Origin: a virus | Strand: one strand, 5' to 3' | IMG/VR virus record: IMGVR_UViG_3300025096_000008 | Span: 1 to 64,000 of that record | DNA: 64,000 nucleotides | In this document: positions 7,931 to 17,156 of the stretch, piece after piece | Layout: each line of letters opens with the position of its first letter | Numbering within the stretch: the first letter of the stretch is position 1 | Notes under the pieces: generated by a model | What the model was told of the DNA's origin: nothing | The model's input: the letters and a program-made list of their open reading frames with translations, nothing else | Database searches by the model: none | Position numbers and translations under genes: made by a program

Positions 7931-10741
7931 ATGTCGGCAAAGAAATTCAAGTTCGTATCACCTGGAGTTTTCGTTGATGAAATTGACAACTCACAGTTAC
8001 CAGAAACACCAGAGGGTGTAGGACCAGTAGTTATAGGAAGGACGGAGAAGGGACCAGCAATGGTGCCTGTCCAAGTTAACTCGTTTTCAGACTTCGTTGA
8101 AACATTTGGTAATCCAGTTTTTGGCGGAGGTGTCCCTGATGCCTGGCGCGCCGGACCCAATTCCACTGCTCCGACCTACGCTTCTTATGCCGCCCAGGCA
8201 TACCTCAGAAATCAAAGCCCCCTGACGGTTGTGAGATTGGCAGGCATCGAAGATGCTAACCCAACAGCAGGCGGTGGTGCCGGCTGGGAAACCAACTCAG
8301 AGCCGATGGATTCAGATGAAGTCAATGGCGGTGCTTACGGTCTTTTCTTGGTGGAGTCTGGCTCGGATCTCACGGCTTTGCCGGGCACTGGCTCGCTGGC
8401 AGCAATCTTCTATTGCTCCGAGGGTGTTGTTGAACTTACGGGTACCTTGGCTGACGGAGACACGACTGCCAGCGGCACGGCTGGACTTTTCTTGTCCGAC
8501 GACACTCCTCACCAATACACGGCACAAGTTCGAGATGCTTCAGGTGTAACTGATAAGGTTGTTTTCAACTTCAACGAAAACAGCAAGCTTTACATCCGAA
8601 ATGTCTTCAACACGAACCCAACATTGGTCAATACCTTTGCTGGCGGGAAGAAATATTTCCTCGGAGAAACCTTCGATAGGAATATTGCTGATAAGCTCGC
8701 TAGCGACACAAAATCTTTCGGTGTCATCTTGGGACTCGCTACATCTGAGTTCACAGCGGATATCCAACAGAACTGGCAAGAGATGCCTCTTTCCGATGCC
8801 TCCACTGGATGGTTCTTTTCTCAAGATTTGGGAGACCAATCATTATTCAATGCTTTGGCGAAACAAAAGCTTTTTAAATTTGAGACACTTTCTGGTGGAG
8901 AGTGGGCTCAAGGCAATCTTAAGATCTCAATCACTAGCATCAAAGCTTCCCCTAACGAGGATCAGCCATACGGCACTTTCTCGGTCCAGGTTCGAAAAGC
9001 AACAGATTCCGATGCTAGAGTCTCTCCAGTAGAGACATTTAGTGATGTAAACCTAAATCCAAATTCCCCAGATTTCATTGCTCGTAGAATCGGCGATTCT
9101 TATCGAGTATGGGACAACGACGACAAGAGATATCAGACTTATGGAAACTATACAAATCAGTCTCGATACATCCGGGTTGTACTGGATTCCTCTGTGGAAG
9201 CCGGCACAACCGATCCTAAATTCTTACCATTTGGAGTATATGGACCAACTAGGTACCAAGCCTTTCAAACAGTGAGCGGCTCAACTGACCCGTTCGACAG
9301 CTATGTTGTCGGCGGCAGCAGTATCCCTCGCTCGTTAGCTGCTGGTTTCGAGAAGGTGAATGTGGGAACACTTGCTCTCACCGCTTCTTTCGAATTCCCT
9401 GAGATTCCGACGAAAACAAACAGCAATGATTCATCACTTATAAATCAGAGAGATGTATACTTTGGAGCAACAACGAATGTCGCCAACAGTAGTCGCCTCC
9501 AGCGGGATATTGTAGACTATGTTCGTCGTAAGCCAGGTGATGCTGATAATCTAGGTGTTACTGGTTCACTGAACTACTCCTGGGTATTCACCCTTGACGA
9601 TGTTTCCGGCTCCAATGCCGATGGCGTCTTGGGAACATGGACATCCGGTTCTCGTGTTTCCGGCTCCTCAATCACGGCTCAGGCAGGAAATACTTACGAG
9701 TCAGTTCTCAATGCTGGGTTTAACAAGTTCACGACAATGCTACAAGGTGGCTTTGAGGGTGTTGATGTTCTCGAACGAGAGCCTTTTGCTAATCGACTAT
9801 TGTTAGACGGAACATCGCCATCTAACTATGCCTATGCTTCTATTGAGCGAGCCATAAATACAGTAGCTGACCCTGATGTGGTTCAGTGTAATATGCTCTC
9901 TATGCCTGGTGTTACCAACGAGGCACTCACGGGCAAGCTTCTTGATGTCGCTGAAACCCGAGGCGATGCCTTGGCGATAGTTGACTTGAAGGGTGGCTAT
10001 GAGCCAGAGACAGAAGCTTCAGCGAGCTTGTCTGCTCGACTAGGCTCTGTATCTGAAACGATCTCAAACCTAAATCGAAGAAACATCAACAATAGCTACG
10101 GATGTGCCTACTATCCTTGGGTTCAAATCACCGATACAGTCACCACAGGAGGCTCTCTATGGGTTCCCCCAAGTGTGGCTGTGCTTGGTACCCTAGCGAG
10201 CAGCCAGGCTGCTAGCGAGCTCTGGTTTGCTCCTGCTGGGTTTACCCGAGGCGGCTTGACGGAAGGTAGTGCCGGCATTCCAGTAACGAATGTTCGACAA
10301 CGATTGACTTCGGACAACCGTGACGATCTTTATACGGCAAACATTAATCCGATTGCCCAGTTCCCAGCAGAAGGAATTGTGATTTTTGGACAGAAGACAC
10401 TCCAAGTGACACCTTCTGCCCTAGACAGAATCAATGTTCGACGAATGCTGATTTATGTTAAACGACAAATCTCTTTCATAGCTTCCAGATTGCTTTTTGA
10501 TCAAAATGTTCAATCAACGTGGGGTCGCTTCTTGGGAGAGGTGAACCCATTCTTAGGAAGTGTCAAGACTCGCTTAGGTCTTATGGACTATAAAGTGATT
10601 CTTGATAACACGACGACAACCCCTGACTTGGTTGATAGAAATATTATGTATGCCAAGATATTGTTGAAGCCAGCAAAGGCACTTGAGTTTATTGCTCTTG
10701 ATTTTGTTGTAACAAGATCTGGTGCTTCTTTTGATGACTAA
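7931..10741 (+). CDS. Contractile tail sheath protein (gp18)
   Basis: VSPGVFVDEID, WFAPAGFTRG, GQKTLQ...DRINVRR and KPAKALEFIALDF motifs. Confidence 0.97.
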   Translation: MSAKKFKFVSPGVFVDEIDNSQLPETPEGVGPVVIGRTEKGPAMVPVQVNSFSDFVETFGNPVFGGGVPDAWRAGPNSTAPTYASYAAQAYLRNQSPLTVVRLAGIEDANPTAGGGAGWETNSEPMDSDEVNGGAYGLFLVESGSDLTALPGTGSLAAIFYCSEGVVELTGTLADGDTTASGTAGLFLSDDTPHQYTAQVRDASGVTDKVVFNFNENSKLYIRNVFNTNPTLVNTFAGGKKYFLGETFDRNIADKLASDTKSFGVILGLATSEFTADIQQNWQEMPLSDASTGWFFSQDLGDQSLFNALAKQKLFKFETLSGGEWAQGNLKISITSIKASPNEDQPYGTFSVQVRKATDSDARVSPVETFSDVNLNPNSPDFIARRIGDSYRVWDNDDKRYQTYGNYTNQSRYIRVVLDSSVEAGTTDPKFLPFGVYGPTRYQAFQTVSGSTDPFDSYVVGGSSIPRSLAAGFEKVNVGTLALTASFEFPEIPTKTNSNDSSLINQRDVYFGATTNVANSSRLQRDIVDYVRRKPGDADNLGVTGSLNYSWVFTLDDVSGSNADGVLGTWTSGSRVSGSSITAQAGNTYESVLNAGFNKFTTMLQGGFEGVDVLEREPFANRLLLDGTSPSNYAYASIERAINTVADPDVVQCNMLSMPGVTNEALTGKLLDVAETRGDALAIVDLKGGYEPETEASASLSARLGSVSETISNLNRRNINNSYGCAYYPWVQITDTVTTGGSLWVPPSVAVLGTLASSQAASELWFAPAGFTRGGLTEGSAGIPVTNVRQRLTSDNRDDLYTANINPIAQFPAEGIVIFGQKTLQVTPSALDRINVRRMLIYVKRQISFIASRLLFDQNVQSTWGRFLGEVNPFLGSVKTRLGLMDYKVILDNTTTTPDLVDRNIMYAKILLKPAKALEFIALDFVVTRSGASFDD

Positions 10742-10790
10742 AAAACAAAGAAATAACTACTTATTTTATAAGACGAGGAGAAAATAAATT

Positions 10791-11345
10791 ATGCCATTCT
10801 GGAGTGACGCAACAATAGCAGACCCTAAGAGACAGCACCGCTGGCTCATCAACATCGGTGCACCCGAGCTCAGCAGTTTCATCACATATGTGTGTAAGTC
10901 TGTAGCGAAACCGAAAGTAACAGTGGCAGAAACGGAGCATAAATTTATTAACCACACCTTCTACTATCCAGGTGGAGTCACTTATGAGCCCATTACGATA
11001 ACACTGGTAGATCCGGCGAACCCTCACTCCTCACAGGCACTTTACGATCTTCTACAGGTATCTGGTTATACACTCCCAGGGAATATCACTCAAGTGAGCC
11101 CAGGCGAGAAAGATATGTCCACGATCAGTAAGAGGCAAGCCATTGGAGCCCTGAGAAGCTGCTATATAAGTCAGCTTGACGGAGACGGCAACGAGATTGA
11201 AAAGCTTACCTTAGAGAATGCTTGGATCAAGAGTGTTGACTTCGGCGGAGATTTGAACTATGAGAACGAAGGGCTTGTTGAGCTTTCTCTTGAGCTTCGC
11301 TTTGATTCCTTTGATCTACAAACTTTCGGTCCATTCGCCTCATAA
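10791..11345 (+). CDS. Tail tube protein (gp19)
   Basis: Follows the sheath; YYPGGVTYEPITITL and AWIKSVDFGGDLNY...ELSLELRFD. Confidence 0.9.
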   Translation: MPFWSDATIADPKRQHRWLINIGAPELSSFITYVCKSVAKPKVTVAETEHKFINHTFYYPGGVTYEPITITLVDPANPHSSQALYDLLQVSGYTLPGNITQVSPGEKDMSTISKRQAIGALRSCYISQLDGDGNEIEKLTLENAWIKSVDFGGDLNYENEGLVELSLELRFDSFDLQTFGPFAS

Positions 11346-11427
11346 AAACAAAATAATACTTAACTTTGCTAGTTAGATGTGATATAATAATTCTACCCTA
11401 TGTCACATCTAACAATACGAGGTATAA

Positions 11428-12312
11428 ATGACAAAGCGAAATAACGAGGAGAGACTCGGATTACCTTCGACGGGCGCGAAGGGATCTACGTCTGATCCTC
11501 CTCCACCAGGGTCCGATAATGGCGGACTATCTTTTGTGGCGCCCACTGAACTAGTAGACCTGCCTTCTCAGGGAAGGTTCTACCCCGAAGGTCACCCCCT
11601 TCACAATCAAGAGTCAATTGAGATTCGAGAGATGACAGCCAAAGAAGAAGATATCCTTACTTCTAAATCTCTAATACAAAAAGGTGTCGTATTCGACAAG
11701 CTTTTACAAAACCTTATTGTCAACTCCATGATTGGACCACAGCAACTTCTAGTCGGCGATAAGAATGCTCTTCTGATTGCCGCCCGACGAAGCGGCTATG
11801 GTGAGATGTACGAAACATCCGTGGACTGTCCATCTTGTGGAACCAAACAAGATATATCTTTTGATCTTACAGGTGCGACTGTCAAGGGACCACCCTCTCT
11901 CGAAGCATGTTCCGAAGCTGTGGATGCCCCAATCATCCAGACTGATAGTGGCACTTTTTTAGCTAGGCTTCCAAAGTCAGATCTTGATGTGGAACTGAAA
12001 TTAATTACAGGTGCCGACGAAAGAAAGCTGTCGGCAACACTTGAGATGAGAAAAAAGAAAAAGCTTTCAGAGAATATACTCACTGAGCATCTGAGGCTTT
12101 GTGTTGTTTCGGTGGCAGGTACGGAAAATAGGCAAGAGATAGAGAAGTTTATCGGTGTTATGCCGGCTAAAGATTCTAGATTCATTAGAAAGGTTATGGC
12201 AGAAATCACTCCAAATATTGATTTGACGCAAGAGTTCGTTTGCGAGGAGTGCTATCACGAGCAGGACTTGGAGGTTCCTATTAATGCCACGTTTTTTTGG
12301 CCTGACCAGTGA
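11428..12312 (+). CDS. Tail assembly chaperone / gp26-like baseplate hub protein
   Basis: VDLPSQG, EMTAKEEDIL, two CxxC pairs, ends FFWP; lies between tube and tape measure. Confidence 0.8.
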   Translation: MTKRNNEERLGLPSTGAKGSTSDPPPPGSDNGGLSFVAPTELVDLPSQGRFYPEGHPLHNQESIEIREMTAKEEDILTSKSLIQKGVVFDKLLQNLIVNSMIGPQQLLVGDKNALLIAARRSGYGEMYETSVDCPSCGTKQDISFDLTGATVKGPPSLEACSEAVDAPIIQTDSGTFLARLPKSDLDVELKLITGADERKLSATLEMRKKKKLSENILTEHLRLCVVSVAGTENRQEIEKFIGVMPAKDSRFIRKVMAEITPNIDLTQEFVCEECYHEQDLEVPINATFFWPDQ

Positions 12313-12472
12313 TTACATGGAGATGGTATATGAACAGTTCTTTGTTCTAAAATACCACGGAGGATGGAGTCTTATTGAGGCTTATAATTTGCCGATACAG
12401 TTGAGAAACTGGTTTGTTGAGAGACTAGCAAAGCAAATAAAGGAAGAGTCAGATTCCATCAAGAAGAAATAA
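12293..12472 (+). CDS. gp51-like chaperone segment, likely reached by +1 frameshift from the upstream ORF
   Basis: +1 frame FFGLTSDY...YHGGWSLIEAYNLPIQLRNWF overlaps the upstream ORF at a T7 run. Confidence 0.65.
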   Translation, partial: FFGLTSDYMEMVYEQFFVLKYHGGWSLIEAYNLPIQLRNWFVERLAKQIKEESDSIKKK

Positions 12473-12494
12473 GGCATCCTAGGGTGCCTTTTTT
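12471..12494 (+). terminator. Rho-independent terminator
   Basis: aaggcatcc-tag-ggtgcctt followed by Ts. Confidence 0.8.
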
Positions 12495-12530
12495 CATGCT
12501 AAAAAACTACTTATTGTGGAGGTTTCCCTT

Positions 12531-12884
12531 ATGGAGAGCAAGAAAATTAATGAAAACGAAGAAATGGTGCCGACAGTTATTGACTTCACTAAGATGAGGG
12601 ACGACGACGGGCAAATAAACGAGTCTTGGATTCTCACATTCGGGGCGACAATGAGATGGCTGATGCCGTCCTTGTTCAGGGGGGGAGCCACGCCAATGAG
12701 TATTCGTGGTTCGAGGGGCGAGATTAGCAATTTTGCAAATGTCCTATCAAAGGAAAAGAAATATTTACAATCCTGGAAAAGTAATGGATTGAGCAGCCCA
12801 GCGACGTATCGAAACAAGAGCAAGCTTAATTCGGCTGTAAAGAAGTTCGAAAGAGTTACCGGACTTAAATGGCCATTCAAATAA
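12531..12884 (+). CDS. Hypothetical late protein
   Basis: SD ggagg before ATG 12531; preceded by CTACTTAT. Confidence 0.7.
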   Translation: MESKKINENEEMVPTVIDFTKMRDDDGQINESWILTFGATMRWLMPSLFRGGATPMSIRGSRGEISNFANVLSKEKKYLQSWKSNGLSSPATYRNKSKLNSAVKKFERVTGLKWPFK

Positions 12885-12916
12885 TAAATATCTAGAACAA
12901 GGACACCCAGAGATAG

Positions 12917-15784
12917 ATGACGACACAAGAAGACAAGACCCTGGACCATTTGGTTGAACAGAAGGAACGCCTTGCAAAAGTTGCTAAGGAACAAAACGAA
13001 GCTCTCGACGAGGAGCTAACGTTAAAAAAACAGCTTTTGTCCGTGGGGCAGTCACTTCTTGGCACTGCTAATGATAGGCTGGAAGCGGCATCTAATCGAA
13101 AGAAGCAAGTCCTCGAAGTACAGCAGGCTGAGCAAGAAGCCCGAGAAGCGGAAGTTGAGCATCTGGAAAAAGCCGCCGAAGCCGCAGCCCGCAATAATAA
13201 TCTTACTGAAGAAGAACTTAGAACACAACAAGCGAACCTTGCGGCTGCTCGGGAAGCATACGAGATATCCAAAAAGAAAGGAGTAACACTTAAAGAGCAG
13301 CTAACATCACTCGCAGCACAGAAAGGAGTGGTAGATTCTTCCACCAAAGCCTTCGACTCCATTGCTACAAGCATGGGGATTTCAAGATCCCATGCCGGAG
13401 ATATGGCTAAGAATATGGTATCTTCCTATATCACGGCTGTTAAGACAGAAGGAATTTTTTGGGGCACCGTCAAGTCAGTGGCAAGCTTGGCTAGTGCATT
13501 CTGGGATGTGTTCAGCCCAGTGAGCCTGATCTCCTCCGCAATGTCTGCTATATGGACTGCCAGTTGGGAGTTCCTAATAGAAAGCTCTCAGGCTCTTTCG
13601 AATTTTAGTGCTGCAGCCGGCGATGCCGGATCGATGGCAAAAGATGTCGGGGCAGCAATGAGCCTAGGCACTGGTGTTAATATAGAGCAGGCAGCTCAGG
13701 CAGCATCGGGATTAGCCGCTAGCTGGAGAGGCTTCTCGGGAGCATCTAGTGCCGCGAGAACCTCCATGATAAGAACTGCTGCCGAGCTTAATGTGCTTGG
13801 TATCAGTGCCGAATCAACAGGCGAAGCCATAGAGCTTCTCACAAGGACAATGGGTGTCTCTACTAAACAAGCAGAGAAGACGCTGAAGGGTATGGCATCA
13901 GCAGCTTCATCGCTTGGTACTACCCCCGCCAAGCTACAATCTGATCTTGCCTCTGTTCAGGGGAGCTTGTCTCTCTATGGCGATAGGATGATAGATGAGT
14001 TTTACGATCTTGCTGGGGCAGCAAAGGCTGCTGGATTGGAGATGTCAGACTTGACAGCTCTTGGAGAATCGTTTGATTCGTTTGATGATGCTTCATCCAA
14101 GACAGGAAACTTGAATGCTCTATTGGGCGGACCATTTCTTGACAGCATGGAGATGATGAGATTACAAGCAGAGGAAGGTCCGGATGCTGTTGCTTATGCT
14201 CTCAAGGATGCTTTTGCTGCAGCAGGTAAGTCTTACAAAGACATGAACTACATGGAAAAGAAATCCTATGCCGACTCGATAGGAATGAGTGCTGATAAGT
14301 TTGGTAAGCTAATGTCGATGTCGAAGAGCGAGGCTAAAGCAGAAGCCAAAAAAGCAAAGCAGGAGGCAGCTTCTCAAAAGAGATATAAGAAGATGCTTCG
14401 CTCCACGGTAAGTTTAGGAATGCAGATAAAGAACTTCTTCCAATCTGTATTCGCGAACAAGAAAGTGGTGGGAGCTATAAGAAGGCTCATGGGCATCCTC
14501 ATAGGTCCGAAATCCCAGAAAGGTCTGAAGGAAATAACGAAGGCACTTGGCGATAAAATGGCAGCAGCCATAGAAGTAGTTACAATTGTGGCAGAACGAC
14601 TCGTGAAGTGGTTCTCAAAGCTAACGGATGGCTGGGGCGATGTCGGCATGATGACAGATGAGAATGGCAATCTCATGAAGGATTGGGGAACAAAGGTGGA
14701 GGAAGTCATGGACTCCATGGAGGAGGCGATGGAGGGCTGGGGAACAAGGGTGGAGGAAGTCATGGACTCCATCGGACCCTCGCTGGATAGGTTCGGAAAG
14801 TGGCTGGAGGAGACACTCGAAAAAGTTGGAGAGGGCGAATCTTTTTGGGACCAAGTGTGGGAAGGGATGGGTTTTACTTTCGCCAACTTTTGGGATTCTA
14901 TTGGGCAATACATGGTCGGCGGCTATTTGGCCATCAAGGCCATCGGTGTGCTCTTTGCTTGGCTCGGAGATAAAGTTATGGCTACTTTTGCCAAGGGCTT
15001 TAGAAAGTCATCTGTCGGAATAGGAAAAGGATTCATCACTCTAGCTCGTGCAATTTCCAGATCCATAACCATTATAGGTAGGGCGTTTATGAGCCCAACA
15101 GGCATGTTTTTCACAGGCTCACTGGCGATAATTCTAGGTACACTGGGATATTCGCTGAAGCAACTGGCAGCAGCATTCCAAGGGTTCGGCGAGATGATGA
15201 CGGGCATCGGGAAAGCTTTCGATGCCATCGGAGGCTTTATAACACACCTCATTAAGATAACAACCGATGGCTTGTCAGTCAGAATGCTTAAATTTATGTA
15301 TGACTTTTCAAAAGCCCTCGATGTGATGGGCATGTCTATGAGGGCAATTCCGGGAGTCCAATCGAACTATATCGTCCAGCTCATAAAAGCCTTTCAGGCT
15401 AATGGTCCTGGTGCTGCTTCGGCAATGGATAAGTTTGCCGAAGCGGTAGAGAGGCTGGTTGCTGCTTTACAGAAGCTTTCAACCAGCAAGATATATGCCT
15501 TCGGGTGGAACATGACTCAAGCATTCGAAGCGACAGCAAAAGTAACACCACAGAGTGCCAAAGCGGCTGCTAAAGTTATCGACAAGGCAAAAGAGTATCA
15601 AAAAGAAGTGGTAAAAAACAAAGACAATGTTGATGCTCTTGCTGAGCTTCTGAAAGCCACAGGAGCAGCTCAGCCAGCAGGCGGACCTGGCGGCGAAACA
15701 GTTATTAGGCTTGAGCTCGGCGGCAAAGTTATGAGTGAATACATCTGGAACTCAGTCAATGGCGACATCAACCGCCGCCGATAG
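12917..15784 (+). CDS. Tail tape measure protein
   Basis: 955 aa, Ala-rich and helical, with hydrophobic C-terminal segments; follows the chaperone. Confidence 0.85.
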   Translation: MTTQEDKTLDHLVEQKERLAKVAKEQNEALDEELTLKKQLLSVGQSLLGTANDRLEAASNRKKQVLEVQQAEQEAREAEVEHLEKAAEAAARNNNLTEEELRTQQANLAAAREAYEISKKKGVTLKEQLTSLAAQKGVVDSSTKAFDSIATSMGISRSHAGDMAKNMVSSYITAVKTEGIFWGTVKSVASLASAFWDVFSPVSLISSAMSAIWTASWEFLIESSQALSNFSAAAGDAGSMAKDVGAAMSLGTGVNIEQAAQAASGLAASWRGFSGASSAARTSMIRTAAELNVLGISAESTGEAIELLTRTMGVSTKQAEKTLKGMASAASSLGTTPAKLQSDLASVQGSLSLYGDRMIDEFYDLAGAAKAAGLEMSDLTALGESFDSFDDASSKTGNLNALLGGPFLDSMEMMRLQAEEGPDAVAYALKDAFAAAGKSYKDMNYMEKKSYADSIGMSADKFGKLMSMSKSEAKAEAKKAKQEAASQKRYKKMLRSTVSLGMQIKNFFQSVFANKKVVGAIRRLMGILIGPKSQKGLKEITKALGDKMAAAIEVVTIVAERLVKWFSKLTDGWGDVGMMTDENGNLMKDWGTKVEEVMDSMEEAMEGWGTRVEEVMDSIGPSLDRFGKWLEETLEKVGEGESFWDQVWEGMGFTFANFWDSIGQYMVGGYLAIKAIGVLFAWLGDKVMATFAKGFRKSSVGIGKGFITLARAISRSITIIGRAFMSPTGMFFTGSLAIILGTLGYSLKQLAAAFQGFGEMMTGIGKAFDAIGGFITHLIKITTDGLSVRMLKFMYDFSKALDVMGMSMRAIPGVQSNYIVQLIKAFQANGPGAASAMDKFAEAVERLVAALQKLSTSKIYAFGWNMTQAFEATAKVTPQSAKAAAKVIDKAKEYQKEVVKNKDNVDALAELLKATGAAQPAGGPGGETVIRLELGGKVMSEYIWNSVNGDINRRR
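14684..14772 (+). repeat. 54-bp-period direct repeat in tape measure (WGT[KR]VEEVMDS x2)
   Basis: tggggaacaa(a/g)ggtggaggaagtcatggactccat at 14684 and 14738. Confidence 0.9.
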
Positions 15785-15838
15785 AGATCACGATAAAAAA
15801 GCTCCACCTTCCTATTTATAATAGAGGAGAAAATCACT

Positions 15839-16786
15839 ATGGAAGACGATTTAGATCTGGATGGGTTGATTGCTGGTCATGATCGAGCCCTGGGCGAAGA
15901 CCCTAACCTGGCGAAGGCTCTATCTTATGGCAATGCCGCCCCAGATGCTCAAGGGAGTCAGTTCTACAATGATCCGACAACAGAGGGCGCCGTCAGGCGA
16001 GGACACTTCATTGAGATATATCACATCATTTCCAAGACATCCCTTTACTTCAAAGCCTTTCTGACAGACTTCAGCGATAACTTCAATGTTAGTCACAACA
16101 AAGAGAAGGTCTTTGGTAGGACTGACCCTGTTATCACATACCAGAATACAGAGAGGATAATCAATGTGGCTTTTTCTGTCGTCGCCTCCAACCTCCAAGA
16201 AGCGAGAGCAAATATGGATAAGGCAAACCGATTCGCATCCATGATGTACCCGGCTTACGATGGAGACAATTTAAAAGCTGGACCAATGTTCAGAGTTAAG
16301 CTAGGGAACCTGATCTGTAAGCAAGGGCTGACTGAGGGTGAAGGCATGGCACTAGCCGAAACTGCTGGACTTACTTGTACTATAGGCGGCTTCAAATATA
16401 ATCCGAGCTTAGATGAGGGATTTTTCGATCCCGAGCCCGGCATACTTTATCCCCAGGCTATAACGATAGATCTTGAACTTTCCGTTATTCATGAGCAAAA
16501 ATTAGGATACGGACCCGATGGCACTCGCCGGGAACCTGGACGATACCCATATGGTGGCGAGAGAGCACCCCACCCGCCTGCCATACCCCCGCCAGATCCA
16601 AGCACTTTGAAGCCATTCGAATCGAAGCAACAGATCATTAGGGAGACCAGTATCTCAACCGAGCTCAAACTACAGAAAGATCTCATGAGAGCCCGCTATG
16701 AAGTTCAGAAAGCCAAAATGCTCTCTCCCGTTAGGAAGCTCGGCAAACTATTTGGGACAGTACATAGAACTGGCGGTGATAGCTAA
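15839..16786 (+). CDS. Tail tube initiator / baseplate protein
   Basis: FKAFLTDFSDNF...GRTDPVITYQNTERII...YPAY tube-like pattern; lies between tape measure and LysM gene. Confidence 0.65.
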   Translation: MEDDLDLDGLIAGHDRALGEDPNLAKALSYGNAAPDAQGSQFYNDPTTEGAVRRGHFIEIYHIISKTSLYFKAFLTDFSDNFNVSHNKEKVFGRTDPVITYQNTERIINVAFSVVASNLQEARANMDKANRFASMMYPAYDGDNLKAGPMFRVKLGNLICKQGLTEGEGMALAETAGLTCTIGGFKYNPSLDEGFFDPEPGILYPQAITIDLELSVIHEQKLGYGPDGTRREPGRYPYGGERAPHPPAIPPPDPSTLKPFESKQQIIRETSISTELKLQKDLMRARYEVQKAKMLSPVRKLGKLFGTVHRTGGDS

Positions 16787-16808
16787 ATAAAGAAAATGGA
16801 GTTGACAA

Positions 16809-17156
16809 ATGGTATCCAGATATGATAATATGAAAATCTCTAGGAATAATTCCGAGAGAGATAAGAAGTTGAGAGAGAAGAGAGGAATAAGAACTATGAG
16901 ACAGTTCGGAACTCCTAGCATCAGTTACCCCACAGAAGAAGAGCAAGCTTTCTTGGAGAGCACTACTGTTGTTTGGAAAGTGGGAGATAGGCTTTATAAG
17001 TTGGCTAACACATTCTACGGAGATCCCACCCTGTGGTGGCTCATAGCCTGGTACAACCAAGCTCCCACCGAATCCCACATTACTGTCGGGGACACCATCG
17101 AAGTGCCTCAGCCGCTCGATAGGGCACTCTCAATCTATATGAGGAGATCAGCATAA
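16809..17156 (+). CDS. LysM-domain baseplate wedge protein (gp53-like)
   Basis: GDRLYKLANTFYGDPTLWWLIAWYN...GDTIEVP. Confidence 0.85.
   Translation: MVSRYDNMKISRNNSERDKKLREKRGIRTMRQFGTPSISYPTEEEQAFLESTTVVWKVGDRLYKLANTFYGDPTLWWLIAWYNQAPTESHITVGDTIEVPQPLDRALSIYMRRSA

Noticed and set aside
16802-16829. TTGACA...GATAAT at the LysM gene start, and similar hits at 40016 and 49092
   Set aside because: They lie inside coding sequence with imperfect -10 or spacing, so they cannot be supported as promoters.
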